Below, piece after piece: positions 12,991 to 26,700 of a DNA stretch of 64,000 nt; position 1 is the first letter of the stretch; each line of letters opens with the position of its first letter. The stretch comes from Octopus vulgaris. Its lineage: Eukaryota. The position numbers and the translations under genes are program-made. The notes below the pieces were generated by a model. The model was not told the origin of the DNA, made no database searches, and saw only the letters and a program-made list of their open reading frames with translations. The DNA lies in NCBI GenBank assembly GCA_951406725.2, contig OX597837.1:15686001-15750000 (forward strand), written 5' to 3'.

Positions 12991-13800
12991 TAAACGCTTC
13001 AGAAAACACATTTTTTGTTGTTGTTGTTGGTGTTATCATTTATTTATTTATTTATTTATGTTGCGATTGTTTTTGCTGCTGCTGTAGTCACCCTTGTTGT
13101 TATTGTTGTTGGTGGTAGTGGTGGTGCTAATGTTGCTGCTGTTGTTGTTGCTGTTATTGCTGAAAGATAAATCTGATTGACAAATAACCAGAGATAATGG
13201 TGATCCAACAAATATTGTGACATCTGATAGAAATATATGAGGAGAGCGGGAGAGAGAAGAGGAGGAGAGAGAGAGTGGCAGATGGGGGTGGGGAATGATA
13301 GTAGAGAAAAAAAAGGAAGAAATGAATAATGTTATAATAATAAAAAAAAAGAAGGAAAATAAGATACAAAAAAGAAAAGATCAAAAATCAAAACTAAAAA
13401 AATTCCCCCCAAAATAATTGAATAAAAAAAGACACAAAATGTATGGATGGAACTTTCAAGAAAAGCTAATCTTTGCTATTTTTTTGTCTTTCAAACTAAA
13501 GAATTATTGTTTGTTTGTTTGTGAAAAGCAGTAAATTAACAGAGTGGTTAGAATGCGGATAGAAATGTCTTTTCATATTTGTTCTGGATCTTGGGGTTCG
13601 GAGCACAAATACTGTGAAGGCCAAATTTTCTGTTTTATTTTGCTGGGGTTTCGTTAAAGAGAAAAAAATAAATAAATAAAACCGATTCCAGGAGGTGTGG
13701 CCTGGTTGGATTGGAAGAGGGTCAGGATGTCTTATAGAAAGGCGGTCTGGCTCTTTACGTTTCAAGATCTTCCAAACCGTTTCTGTCCACCAAAAAAGCA

Positions 13801-14343
13801 CTCATGCAGCATTGGTTGACCTGGGGCTATAGTAGAAGACACTGGCACAAGGTGTCATGCAGTGGGTCTGAACCTGGAACCAGGTGGTTGTGAAGCAAGT
13901 TTCTTACCACACAACCATGCCTGCACCTATATATACTCTTTTACTCTTTTACTTGTTTCAGTCATTTGACTGTGGCCATGCTGGAGCACCGCCTTTAGTC
14001 GAGCAAATCGACCCTGGGACTTATTCTTTGTAAGCCCAGTACTTATTCTATCGGTCTCTTTTACCGAACCGCTAAGTGACGGGGACGTAAACACACCAGC
14101 ATCGGTTGTCAAGCAATGCTAGGGAGACAAATACAGACACACAAACATATACACACACACACACATATATATACATATATGACAGGCTTCTTTCAGTTTC
14201 CGTCTACCAAATCCACTCACAAGGCTTTGGTCGGCCCGAGGCTATAGCAGAGGACACTTGCCCAAGGTGCCACACAGTGGGACTGAACCCGGAACCATGT
14301 GGTTCGTAAGCAAGCTACTTACCACACAGCCACTCCTACGCCC
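13801..14343 (-). mobile_element. SINE family A: head fragment (13801-13927) plus full-length copy (13936-14343)
   Basis: The full copy has the same A-box, B-box and (GTAAAAGA)n tail as 8221-8616. Confidence 0.9.
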
Positions 14344-14344
14344 T

Positions 14345-14390
<46 letters not shown>

Positions 14391-15327
14391 CATATATATG
14401 TATATACACATTCATGCCCACCCACGCACACACATTTGACAATAGCTGTAAAAAAGTAATATTTTCTCTCAGAATTCCCACATGCATAGAATCTGTATTG
14501 CAAATGTGAATGTGGAAGCCACTTGTGCATTAGACAACCTGCAGGAGGCATAATGGGTTCAAGGCATACAGATTCCAGCCCCCAAGGGACATCAGACACG
14601 CACACACACACATGTACATAAGTCAGTATGCTTCTATGTATATATATTTATATACATATATGTGTGTATCTATGTATATGTTTGTATATATATATACATA
14701 CATGCATACATATATATATATCTTCTTAACAAGCATACATTCCATGTGCACATCTTGTTTTGTTATTTTTAATGTTTGTTTATTTGATTTGAATATATAT
14801 ATATATATATATACACACATTCACCTTGCCCCCCCCCCCATATCTATATATATAGACAGATGTGCATATAGATATTTATGATCATTATTTAACATATTAT
14901 TTAGGTCAGTATATTTAGTACTTGGGGAGGTTGTGTGTGTGTGTGAGAGGGGGGGATAGGAAATGGAAGTAAGTAGGAGACAGGAAGACATGAGAGCCAA
15001 TACTCCCTCCTCCCCCCCCTCTCCTGATATTTGTCTCCCAGAGAAGATATAAATATGTAAATAACATTATAATTGTTCAGGTGAAAATATTGTTGAAGTG
15101 TGGATGTCAAATGCATTGAATTATATCCATGTATATATGTGTATACACACATATAACTCTATATGTATATACATATGTGTGTGTGTCTGTTTATATATAT
15201 ACATAATATATACACACTTATCTACATTATATATACACACATGCATATATACACACACTCACATATTTGCATATGTGTGTGTCAGTATGTATATATCTCT
15301 TTCTCTCTCTCTCTCTCCCTCTCAATA

Positions 15328-15371
<44 letters not shown>

Positions 15372-16784
15372 AACATATATATATACACACACACATTAGT
15401 GTACACATAGCCTAGTAGTTTATACTTCTCTGTTACTCTATTACATGCATATATAAACAGAGTTGAATGTGTGTGTAGACACACACAGAATTGCAAATCC
15501 GGCTGAGTGATTTATACACCTCTGCCCCACCCCACGTATACAAACATAAACATAGTCGAGTGGTTAAGAAGTTTGCTTTGCAATCAGGAGATTCTAAGTT
15601 CAAAGCCAGTATGTGGCCTTTCGGGCCCCAACGGAATCTCTCTGTAGTTACTGCCGCACTGTCTCAGATTCTGAGAGTTCCCTGCCAGCCAGGAATTGAT
15701 CCCTGGCAGGAGGAGTTGTGGTTGCTGATGATGTTGTCATCAATCAATGATGTCGATGATGATGATGATGATATTCAATTCTACTACATTATCTCCACTG
15801 GCTGCTATTTCTAGCAGGGTGCATGATCACATAGGCGCCACATCATTGCCTTATCAGTGGCTCCTTAGTTGGTCCTTCATATGCCCACACATTGGGTCGT
15901 CATAAAAGCCTCTGTGGCTCACCAGGAACTCCATTGGCTCACACTAAGCTCCCTCAATTAGATCACCATAATGACCCCCCCCCCCACCACCTCATTAGAT
16001 TACCATTAAACTACTTCTCACAAGCTCACCATCTGACTCTTCATAAGATCATCATAAGGCTCTTCCCCCACCTTCCATCAGTGCCAGAGCTAGAGTTGGT
16101 GCTGTGAAGGGCATCCTTTGCGTGCCCCTACTGTCTGCCTCCAGGCCTGAACAGGCTTATACAACAGACCCCAAAGTGCTGCCCTCATAAAAAGCATCAT
16201 CTACGCAGACCCCCCCCCCCCAACTCTACAACCGCCCTCCACTGCATCATCATGGGTCCCTCATAGGTCCCTCACTGGTTCATTAGACACCTGCTCATTG
16301 CTTTACTGCAATAAGACTTTCTCATCAGATGACCCTGGCTGGGCCTTGTCATTGGATTGCTATAAGCCACTCAGGGATTACCATAAACCCATTCGGTGGA
16401 TCACCTCAAGCCCCTTTTGATGGTTAGCAAGAAACTCTTTCTCAGAGACTCACCAGAAACCCTTCTAACCCCTTTATTGGGTTATCAGAAACCCGTTAAT
16501 GGTTCACTAGAAATCTCTTCAATGACTTGGCAAACCCTGCTTAACAAGTGATCCTCAGCGTCTCCCATTCCAGTTGAGTTTTGTTATCATTGTATTAACC
16601 CTAGGTCAATCCTAATCCTGCAACCCTATGATCAAAGATGCTTCGCTCTGTCTCTACTCCAGAAACTGTCTACTTACATTCATATTGTCTAATGTGTCCT
16701 TCTTTCCTATGAAGTGATTTGAGGGAGACTTGGTTGATATTTCTAGCATATCAAGCAGCCACATAGAAGTCTACTCACTGAACT

Positions 16785-17163
16785 TACTCTTTACTTTTAC
16801 ATGTTTCAGCGATTGGACTGCGACCATGCTGGGGCACTGCTTCAAAGGCTTTGAGCCAAACAGATCAACGCCAAGTATTTATTTATTTTCTTTAAAGTTT
16901 GTCATTTATTCTATCAGTTTCTTTTTGCTGAACCACTAAGTTATGGGAACATAAACACTCCAACACTGGTTGTCAATGGTGGGGGACAAACACAGGGACA
17001 TACACACACATGACAGGCTTCTTTCAGTTTCCTCCGACCAAACCCACTCACAAGGGTTTGGTTGGCAAGGAGACTGTAGCAGAAGACATTTACTTGCCCA
17101 AGGTGGGATTGAACCCAGAACCATGTGGTTGGAAAGCAAGCTTCTCTTAACAACACAGCCACA
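16785..17163 (-). mobile_element. SINE family A, diverged full-length copy
   Basis: Colinear with 8221-8616 from the CTCTTTACTTTTAC tail to the ACACAGCCAC head. Confidence 0.8.
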
Positions 17164-17673
17164 GGATTGTTTTATTTGTATAACCCAAAGCGAAACATAA
17201 ATCTGGCAGACCTAACAGATGTAGCCATGTGGCCATCACCCCCGGCACCCCTTCCACCACCACCAATCCATGACCTCAGCACACTCCCAGCCAGCCTCTC
17301 TTCCTCCTCCTCCGCTTCCTCATCGTTTACATAACCAAATATGAATGATTAAATGTTATTACGGTTGCTCTTGTTGTTGTTGCCCTCGCATCCCCTCCTC
17401 CTCCCCCCACCCCCCATTTGACTGATGTTTCAACTGAAATATAAACAGACACAACATGTGCGCCAGGGACACACAGACACACACACGCATGTTTAGCAAC
17501 TGTGTATCACTTATTTATTAGTGATTCACAACTCAAACATCACACACATACACACACACACATACACACACACACACACACACACATGCAATACCAATAT
17601 GCACACATGTAATACATACATATATACACATTCACACATGCAGAAACACACACACACTATATCCACAAATTGT

Positions 17674-17705
<32 letters not shown>

Positions 17706-18423
17706 GCACAATACATGCATAATATAAACATATATATACACACACACATAATACAAAGACATATACAGTGTATACACACACATGTACACATACTACAAAC
17801 ACATTATACACAATGTATACACACACACACACACACACACTTGGAAAGAAAAAGACCCAGGGAGAGAAGTAGATTAATCTTCACTTGCTGTCAGGATAAA
17901 TCAGAGAAAAGATTTATCAAAGATGGAATCTTCTGGATTTCTTGGAGAGAAAAAAAAAAAAAAATAATAAAAATAAAAATAAAAGATGGAAGAAAAACAC
18001 TGATGGATGATGGGAAGGGAGGAGGCGGGGGGGGGAGAAGTTGAAGAAATGAAAACTTCCAGATTAAATAATTGATATACAAATGATAAAAATATACTAC
18101 TACTACTACTAATACTACTACTACTACTAATAATATTATTATTAATCCTTATTGTTATGATTTCTTTTATAGATTATTAATAAAAATAATAATAATCATA
18201 ATAATGAGGTTAATAAAGACAATGTAAAACTGTGGTGGGGGTGGGGTGGGGGCGCAGGGGGTGTGGCGGGATTTGACAAGGAGATGCGTTGATGAAGGGT
18301 GTTCCTTGTGAAGAATTTGTATGGATGTGTGTGTGTGTGTGTATGTGTGTGTGTGTATGTATGTAAGTATGTGTGCCTTTGCATGTATGTGAAGATGTGT
18401 TTGCATAATTATGTATGTTTGTG

Positions 18424-18471
<48 letters not shown>

Positions 18472-18929
18472 ACACACACACATATCTGTGTGTGTGTGTG
18501 TGTGTACATACATGTATGTTTGCACATGTATAAGCATGCGTAGTTTTAATCATGAACCGCTTAGTAAACAAATGAAAGTTTGTGGATTTGTACACTTGTA
18601 AGTACGTGTGTGTGTGTGTGTGTGTAGCTGTGTGCATGTGTGCGTGTGTGTGAGTTTATGTGCCTGTGCATGTGTGTGAGTGTGTGTGTAAGCATGTGAG
18701 AGATGTTTCAATTATGAATCACAAACAAAACATGTGGAAATTAACGAACATGTGTATTTGCATGCGTGTGTATGTGTGTGTGTGTGTTATGTATACATTG
18801 TGTATGTGTGCATGTGTGTGCATTCTAGCATGGAAAATGAACATTAAATGATGATGATGATGATGATGTGTGTGTGTAATATTTGATTAGCATTTCACTA
18901 ACATGCAATAAATACTTAAGCTGAGAGTG

Positions 18930-18978
<49 letters not shown>

Positions 18979-20047
18979 CTAAGCGTATTCAAGCATATAT
19001 ATGTATGCGTGAAAGTAAGGATACATGCACACATGTACATACATTCATACGTGCATGCTCACATTCCTACATAGCTACATGTATGCATGCATACACACAT
19101 GCACACTTACGTACATACAGGTCATGTGCATGTGTGTGTGTAATTTTGTATGGGAGCATTTATGGGGACAGGGCCAATGGTAGAGTCAAACAGGGAAGGA
19201 ATTTAAGAGGTCCACTCCATAATCACAGGGTCCTGGATTCGGGTTCAAGTCTATAATCAGCAGCTGACCGCAGAGTGAAATTAGGCAGACAGAAACTGTG
19301 AGGAAGCCTGCCTGTACTTATGAGACAAAGACCCCAAACTTTCTCACACAGTATATCACACTGATTCCACCCATCGATGACATTAATAGTAAAGGTCTCT
19401 GAGGAATACTCAGCCACTCGTACAAGACAGATTGTGCCTGAATTCAAAGGATCAGTCTGACAAAGATTCTTCCAGAGGATAACATTAATCCTTTTGATAC
19501 CAATCCTTCTGTGACCACCTCTGCTTCCATGGTACAAACTTTATCTTTTAAAATGATTCAAACAAAACCAACGCTCAGAATTTCTGATCGATTTATGTTC
19601 CAAATATCTCTTGAATAATAAAAAGTTATTTTACTGAATTATTCCTTATTTTCAAAACTGACTGAAATGAAGGAATTGTGTTTCAACAGAACTATTATTG
19701 GAAAAGGGTCAGAGACACTCCACAACTTATACTTTAATATAAGGAGTACATTGTTCTGTTGACCAAAATACTAGAATATTCCGCTGCAAAGTTACTGTGG
19801 CATCCATTTAAAGACATCTGTTTGGGTGGACAAATAAAATAGAGGTACCCGGGTAGGTACCAGGATCAATCCATCTGGATCAGATTTTCTAACCCAAGCT
19901 CAACCCCTGCTAAATAGAAGAGTTTTTCTTGTATGCACAACCAAGTCCAGGTCTATGTGGTCTACATTTGGCTTTGTGAACTCAATTGCCTTTTATGAGC
20001 AACGAGAAGCCTTCGGCCGATGTTAAAAGCATTTATTATTATTCATG

Positions 20048-20820
20048 GCTTGGCAGAATCATGAGTTGCAATTATTTTGGCAATTATTTTCGTCTGTCAT
20101 TATGTTCTGAGTTCAAATTCCACCAAGGTCGACTTTACCTTTCATCCTTTCGGGGTCAATAAATTAAGTACCAGATGTGCTCTGGGGTTGATCTAATCGA
20201 CTGCCTCCCCCCAGTCCCTCCCCAGAAATTTCGGTCCTTGTACCTAGAGTAGAAAAGAATAAAATAAGTACCAAATGAGAACTGGGGGTTGGTGTAATCG
20301 ACATGTCTCCCCTCCTCCCTTCAAATTTCCGGCCCTGGGCCCAGAGTAGAATGGATTATTGTTGTTATGAAGGTGGTCAGCTGGCAGAATTATTATTCGC
20401 CTGATGGACAAAATGCTTGGTGACATTTCTTCTGCCTCATTTATGAGTTGAAATCCCTCCAAGGTGGACTTCATCTTTGCAGGGTCAATAAAATAAAGTA
20501 CCAGTCACATACTGGGCTCAACGTTATCAACTACCCATCCCCCTATCTCCCAAATTTTCAGTCATTGTGCCAACAGAACGAAGGGTCACTCAGATTATTC
20601 CGGGCGGTGTGTTGGCAGAATCCTTAAAATATCAGAGCAAATGTCTCGCAGCATTTGTTCCGGCTGTGAAGGTTGTGAGTTCAAATACAGCAGAAGTCAA
20701 ATTTACCTTCCAACTTTGTGTAGGTTGATAAATTAAAATACCAATTAGTGATGGGATTAATTTAATCACAACGAATCGTTTCCTTGCACATTTATGGTGT
20801 TGTACCTTATTTGTGAAACA
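20048..20820 (+). mobile_element. Cluster of three or more SINE family B copies (Nin/Deu-like central domain)
   Basis: TGGCAGAAT heads at ~20052, ~20382 and ~20613, GAGTTCAAATTCC B-box, and central CCTTTCATCCTTTCGGGGTCAATAAATTAAGTACCAG. The Nin/Deu resemblance is from memory. Confidence 0.75.
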
Positions 20821-21509
20821 CTTATTACTTTAATTGGTATTCAATGTTGATTTAGTATAGTTTCTGTGTTTTTGTTTGTTTTTTTTTGTTTCACTAATTT
20901 TATATTGTTTCGTTAATACTAAAAATGAAGAATAAAAACAATTAAAAGTAAAAAGAAAGAATATAAAATGAGGCAACGAATACATAAAAAGCAAAGTTAA
21001 TTAAAGTCACAAAAGGAAAAGTGAAGTAGAAATTATGATGGTAGGACCAAATATTTATGGTTGCTATGGTTACTGTAAATTATATTACAAACAACAACAA
21101 CAACAAAAAGAAACAGTAACAGTTTTTTTTTTCTTTGGAAGTTATAAATATTGATAACAGAAAGGGACAGACAGACAGACATTACAGGAGAGAGAGAGAG
21201 AGAGAATATAAGAAATACGTAAAAGTAGAGAAAGATGAGTAATATATATGTATAGACTTACACATATGTACGTATGTGTGTGTGTGTGTGTGTGTGTGTG
21301 TACGTATGTGTGTGTGTGTGTGTGTGTGTGTGTACATATATATGTGAGAGAGAGAGAGAGAGGTGGGCATTAAAACTATAAAAAAGAAGAGTGGTTGTAT
21401 ATAAATATTTATACATATATATATATATATGAATGTATAGACTTAAACACATACATGTAAATATATATACATACATACATATAAATATATGTGTGTGTGT
21501 GCATGCATA

Positions 21510-21550
<41 letters not shown>

Positions 21551-21632
21551 GGGGGGACCTAATGAAAAATGTAAACAGTTGAACTAATGTCATTTAATTA
21601 CTCTTTTCTTTTATAGTGATTAAAACAACATC

Positions 21633-21685
<53 letters not shown>

Positions 21686-21848
21686 GAAGCCGGACAATAA
21701 AACTACCTACCACCAAACTTGATTTACTGATAAACACTCTTCATACTGAAGTACCAAAAACAGTTGCAGACAGTCAAATGAGAGGGGGAGAGAGGAAGGA
21801 GGGAGAGGGAGAGAGAAGGGAGAGGGAGAGAGAAAGAGAGAGGGGTAC

Positions 21849-21886
<38 letters not shown>

Positions 21887-21945
21887 AAAAATTAAGTTTT
21901 ATATTTAGGACCAAAAAACTAGAAGAGCGAAAGACTGTGACTGAC

Positions 21946-22044
21946 TTGAGTGAAAGGGTTGAGTGAAAGGGTTGAGTGAAAGGTTTGAGTGAAAGGGTTG
22001 AGTGAAAGGTTTGAGTGAAAGGGTTGAGTGAAAGGGTTGAGTGA
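21946..22044. repeat. 13-bp minisatellite (TTGAGTGAAAGG[G/T]) x 7.6
   Basis: Seven full units plus one partial, varying only at the last base. Confidence 0.95.
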
Positions 22045-22726
22045 GAGTAGTGCAGTAAATTTGCTGGTTCAAATTTTAATGAAGGTCAGTAGCAAAGCAT
22101 GGTTGTGTGGTTAAACTACAGAGTCCTGGGTTCAATCCCACAATATGGCACACTCTCAGGTGAAACCTTGTGAATGGAGTGTGGGAATCTGCTGTGTGTG
22201 TGGGTGTGTGGTGAGGCTGTATGTATGCATGGGTGTACAGCATCCTCATCATTTAACATCTCTTCAAACAGGCATCAGTTGGATGGTTTGGCAGGATCTG
22301 ACCCAGTTACAGGACTCTGCTGAGTTCCAATCTCGGCTCTCTAAACACACACAGGTGCTGGCAGGTCTTTGTAGTAAGAAGCTTGCTGCCCAACCAAATG
22401 GTCCTGGATTCAGTCCCACTGCATGGCCCCTTTGGACCAAGTGTCTTCTACTATAACCCCAGGCTGACCAAGGCCTTGTGAGTGGATTTGGCAGATGGAA
22501 ACCCACTAACTTACTCAAGGTACCATATTGTAGGACAAAATCCCAAACCACCCGAGTTGTGAAGCAAATATTAACCAGACACTGGTGACGCCAGAATATT
22601 TTAGGAACAGACATGTTTAGTATTGTGAACATGTACACATGGAAGTATTTATTAATATATAAACATGTGTATCTGTGTGTGTGTGTGTGTGTCTATATAT
22701 ATATATATGTATGTATATATATATGT

Positions 22727-22762
<36 letters not shown>

Positions 22763-23047
22763 ATGTATGCATGTATGTATATATAATGTTACTCATCTGT
22801 GGAATGGTATTTTGATGAGAAGGAAAGAAAGAAAGAAACAAAACGAAGGAATAACTAATTGAATGCAGAGAATGGCTTTCGTTTTTTAATCTTGCGGAAT
22901 ATCTATTTGTGATTTAATTCCATTTACTTATCAAAAATATCTCAGATCTTGTTACTGAAATTTTTCTTTTTACCTCATAACAACAAACTGCTTATAAGTT
23001 GCAAGTCAACTGCTAATCTAAGCTGATAAACTTTTAGATAATCTGAT

Positions 23048-23655
23048 TTAACCCTTCTTGATATAAACCCATCTGAGACCACCACATCTGATTCTGCAAA
23101 ACAAAAAAACCTTTTGTCTTGTGTTTCTATCATTTTGAAATTGAAACTTCCCACCACTGAAATTTTATGCCAGAATCATTTTCTTGAGTTCTATCCCCAA
23201 AAACCATTTTAAACCCTGTAAGACAAACTTATTTCAGACCAACTTCTTGTTCCATGATACAAAAACTGACCTTTTTGAAAACTCTTTTCACACCAACCTT
23301 CCTGGGCCCTCCTCTGATTCTCTGCTGACACAAACTTCATCTGCTAATTTCTTTCTCACACCAGCTTAATGAGGACAAAATTATTTTACTAATATTTCAT
23401 TTTTCTATTTCGTTTACAAGATTCTTGATGTGAACCTGTGTATTGAAACAAATTTTGTAGACTGCTTCTGTTTCACTTCTTTTATTATTATTAGTCAATC
23501 ATTCTACCAATTAACTAATCAATTGTTTCATTAATTGCTCAGTCAATCAATCATTTGTCAAAAGTAATCTACCGCAGGTAATGCTTTGTTATTTTCAAAA
23601 TTAACTGAAATGAATTCAGTGTATTTCGACAGAAACATGGAAGCAAGAGGGTCAA
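23048..23655. mobile_element. Possible decayed piggyBac-type MITE(s)
   Basis: Begins TTAA-CCCTT and ends AGAGGGTCAA (degenerate AAGGG-TTAA). The right part TTATTTTCAAAA..ACTGAAATGAA..TTTC.ACAGAA is shared with ~19650-19710. Confidence 0.35.
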
Positions 23656-23784
23656 GGCTGTTGTTGTCTCTGATGTTGGCATTGCCATATTAAAAAAAAC
23701 AAAAACAAAGAAAAACCATTGCTATCATCACTACTGCTGCCACTGCCCCCACCACTCCCCCCACCACTGTCACTGTTCCCAAGG

Positions 23785-23975
23785 AGATTTAGCATAACAC
23801 AAGGCATGACAAGGCTGGCTCTTTGAAATACAGACACAATTCATTTTCGCCTGCTGAGGGGAGGGGAACAATGTGAAATGAAGTGTCTTGCTCAAGGACA
23901 CAACATGCTACCAGGTATTGAACTTACAACCTTATGATTGAGAGCCGAATCCCCTAACCAGTAAGCCATGCCCCT
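23785..23975 (-). mobile_element. tRNA-headed SINE family E, degenerate
   Basis: Reverse complement of TGTCCTTGAGCAAGACACTTCATTTCACATTG with a tRNA-like head. Same family as 48095. Confidence 0.65.
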
Positions 23976-24934
23976 CCACAAAAGCCATCTCTTCAGCTGC
24001 ATTCCAAACACCAGCCGTCAAAGCTGTCCAAGACCTCCTCTTCTTCAATAAAGCAAAAACTGACCATTTTAAAATGCTTGAAACAAAAACCTTCCATCAG
24101 AATCTATTAAAGTCCCTTTTACTAAGTTGTTGTCCAAACACCAAATCAGTAACAAGGAAATTGGTTATTTTACAAAATTCTTCCAAATTCTTGATTAATT
24201 TCAAAACTATCTGAAACTTTCACATACAAAACAGATGGAATGGTCATGGATAGAATGTCTTTTATCATAAGCCATCTGGATTAGGGTTGATCTATAGATA
24301 CATAACATCACTTTTTAATCACTAAGGTCAAGCATGTCTACCTACCGAAAGTGAGACCGGGTGGCAGTGAGGGTGGTTAGTGTCCGAGTGATGACATCAA
24401 ATTAACAGCTTTGCTGATGAAAAAATATAACTGGACAATTGTGGTTATATTTTTTACTCTTAAACTGATACCAAAATCCACCCCTAATACCACAATGCCA
24501 CCCCTATCACCAAATCTTCATCCCAAATACAAGATTTCGATCTCTAAAACCAAAATACCACCTCTAACATTAAATTTTTATCCCAACACTAGTCCTCCAC
24601 CCCTATCACCAGTCGCCACTCCTATCACCAATCTCCACCCCTTATACTGCCTCTGACATTAAACTTTTACCCCTGAAACCAGATTTCCACAAGACCTACA
24701 CCCCAAACACTAGACCTCCCTCCTCACATCATAAAATCCCCACCCCTATCACTAGATCTCCACCTCTAAAACCTAACACTCCACCCTGTTTTTCTGCCAT
24801 TCATTTGGGTTTTTTTTTTTCAATATTTGCAGTTGTGGATGGGGTGGGGGTACGGCGGGGGGGGGGGACACAAAATACTGACTTGTCATTGTGGAATGAA
24901 TTATACAGAAATGGTGGCGTTGGTGAGGGTTAAC

Positions 24935-24997
<63 letters not shown>

Positions 24998-25099
24998 AAA
25001 ACAGAAAGAAAGAGAAAAATGTTAAGTTAAATGGAAGAAAAGAGAAACATGGGGAATTAGAAAAAATTAAAAAAGAGGGGGGTAAAAATAGAAGGGGAG

Positions 25100-25135
<36 letters not shown>

Positions 25136-26321
25136 TAGGGTGGCAGAGTGTTGTTGTTGTTGGTGGTGGTGGTTGCAGTGGTAAAGAATTTGCATTGCTA
25201 CAAAAACCTGACAGACTTGCTCTCTAAAATACAATTTCAAAGATGATAAATCCTCTGACAAGCCTGGCACAAATTCAATATGTCCATCTACCCCTATTCC
25301 ACCCCTAACACAAACACACACACACTGTATAAAGCAATAATTATGTTTTGGAAAGAGAGGAAGAAAAAGTTAAATAAATAAATCCAACAAAAACAAAAAA
25401 CAAAACAGCAACAACAATAACAATAACAACAGCTGTTACTGCAACAACAACAACAACAACAGCTATGAGACAATGAGGGAAGCTTCTGCTGCTCACTCAA
25501 TCTGCTAGAAATAACAGCTGAATCACCCTCAAATCACACAATATCAGTTTAGAGAAAAAGACTGTGTTGGATAATGTGATCATCTGTTCTCTGTATATAG
25601 GAAAAAGGATGGATGGGCATGGCTGGAATATTTTATTTATTACTGTAGGTTTGCTCGATGATAGCTGACCTAGGACTGAACAACAACCTGGCACCGACTT
25701 CAAGGCTACAACAGCCAAAACCACAACAACAATACAACCACCACCACCACTACCACCACCACAACCACCACCACCATTATGATATCACCACTCACCACCT
25801 CCATGACCACCACCACCATCACAGCTACCACTAACTACCATAACAATCACCACCACCACCATCACCACTACCTCCACAACAATAGCCATCCCTCCCACCA
25901 CAATCATAACAAGCACCCCCCCACTTACCTCCCACCACCACTATTTCTGCAATAACAACAACAACAGCAGCAGAAACAATGCCTACCAATAAAAAAAGCT
26001 GCAATGTTAGAAGAGAGTAAAAGATTTATAGTTTGTTGGTTGTAAAACTGAAATGGACTTCAATTTAAAAATGAAAATAAAACAAAACAACCCCACCCCC
26101 AACTCTGCACCCTCCATTGTTTCCTGTGTAAAGAAGGGGAGGAGGGGTAGGAGGGGGACAGAGACAGATTATTTATGGGTTAAAGATGGAGAGACGGTGG
26201 GGGGAGGGGAGGGAATGAAAGACGTGGGAGTGATTGTGTATGCGTATGTACGCGTGTGCGTCTGTGTGTGAGTGAGTGTGTGTACATGTGTGAATCTGTG
26301 TGTATGTGTGTGCATATGTAG

Positions 26322-26355
<34 letters not shown>

Positions 26356-26516
26356 TTGCGTGTGTGTGTATATATATATATCTCCTATGTGTTTGTGTTT
26401 GAGGCACAGTGCCATTTCAACAGATCTGAAAAAATGATGGAAACGGATATTCAAGTCACTTCTCCGCCATAAATATTCCAGCTGTTCAATCAACAAAACA
26501 ATATTATTTCTAATCC

Positions 26517-26700
26517 AGGTTTCAAATTTTAACACAAGGCCAGCAATTTTTAGGGGAGGGTCCAAGTCGATTACATTGACCCCCAGTATTCAACTGGTAC
26601 TTTTTTTTATTAACCCCTAAAGAATGAAAGTCAAAATCAACCTCGGCAGAATTTGAACCCAGAAAGGAAAGACCGGACCAGATGCTGCAAATAATTTTAT
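26517..26700 (-). mobile_element. SINE family B copy
   Basis: GTTTCAAATTTT..CACAAGGCCAGCAATTT..CTGGTACTT..ATGAAAG..AATTTGAAC is the reverse complement of family B. Confidence 0.7.

Noticed and set aside
21946-22044. CRISPR-like or telomeric array
   Set aside because: There are no spacers, the context is eukaryotic, and the unit is not TTAGGG.
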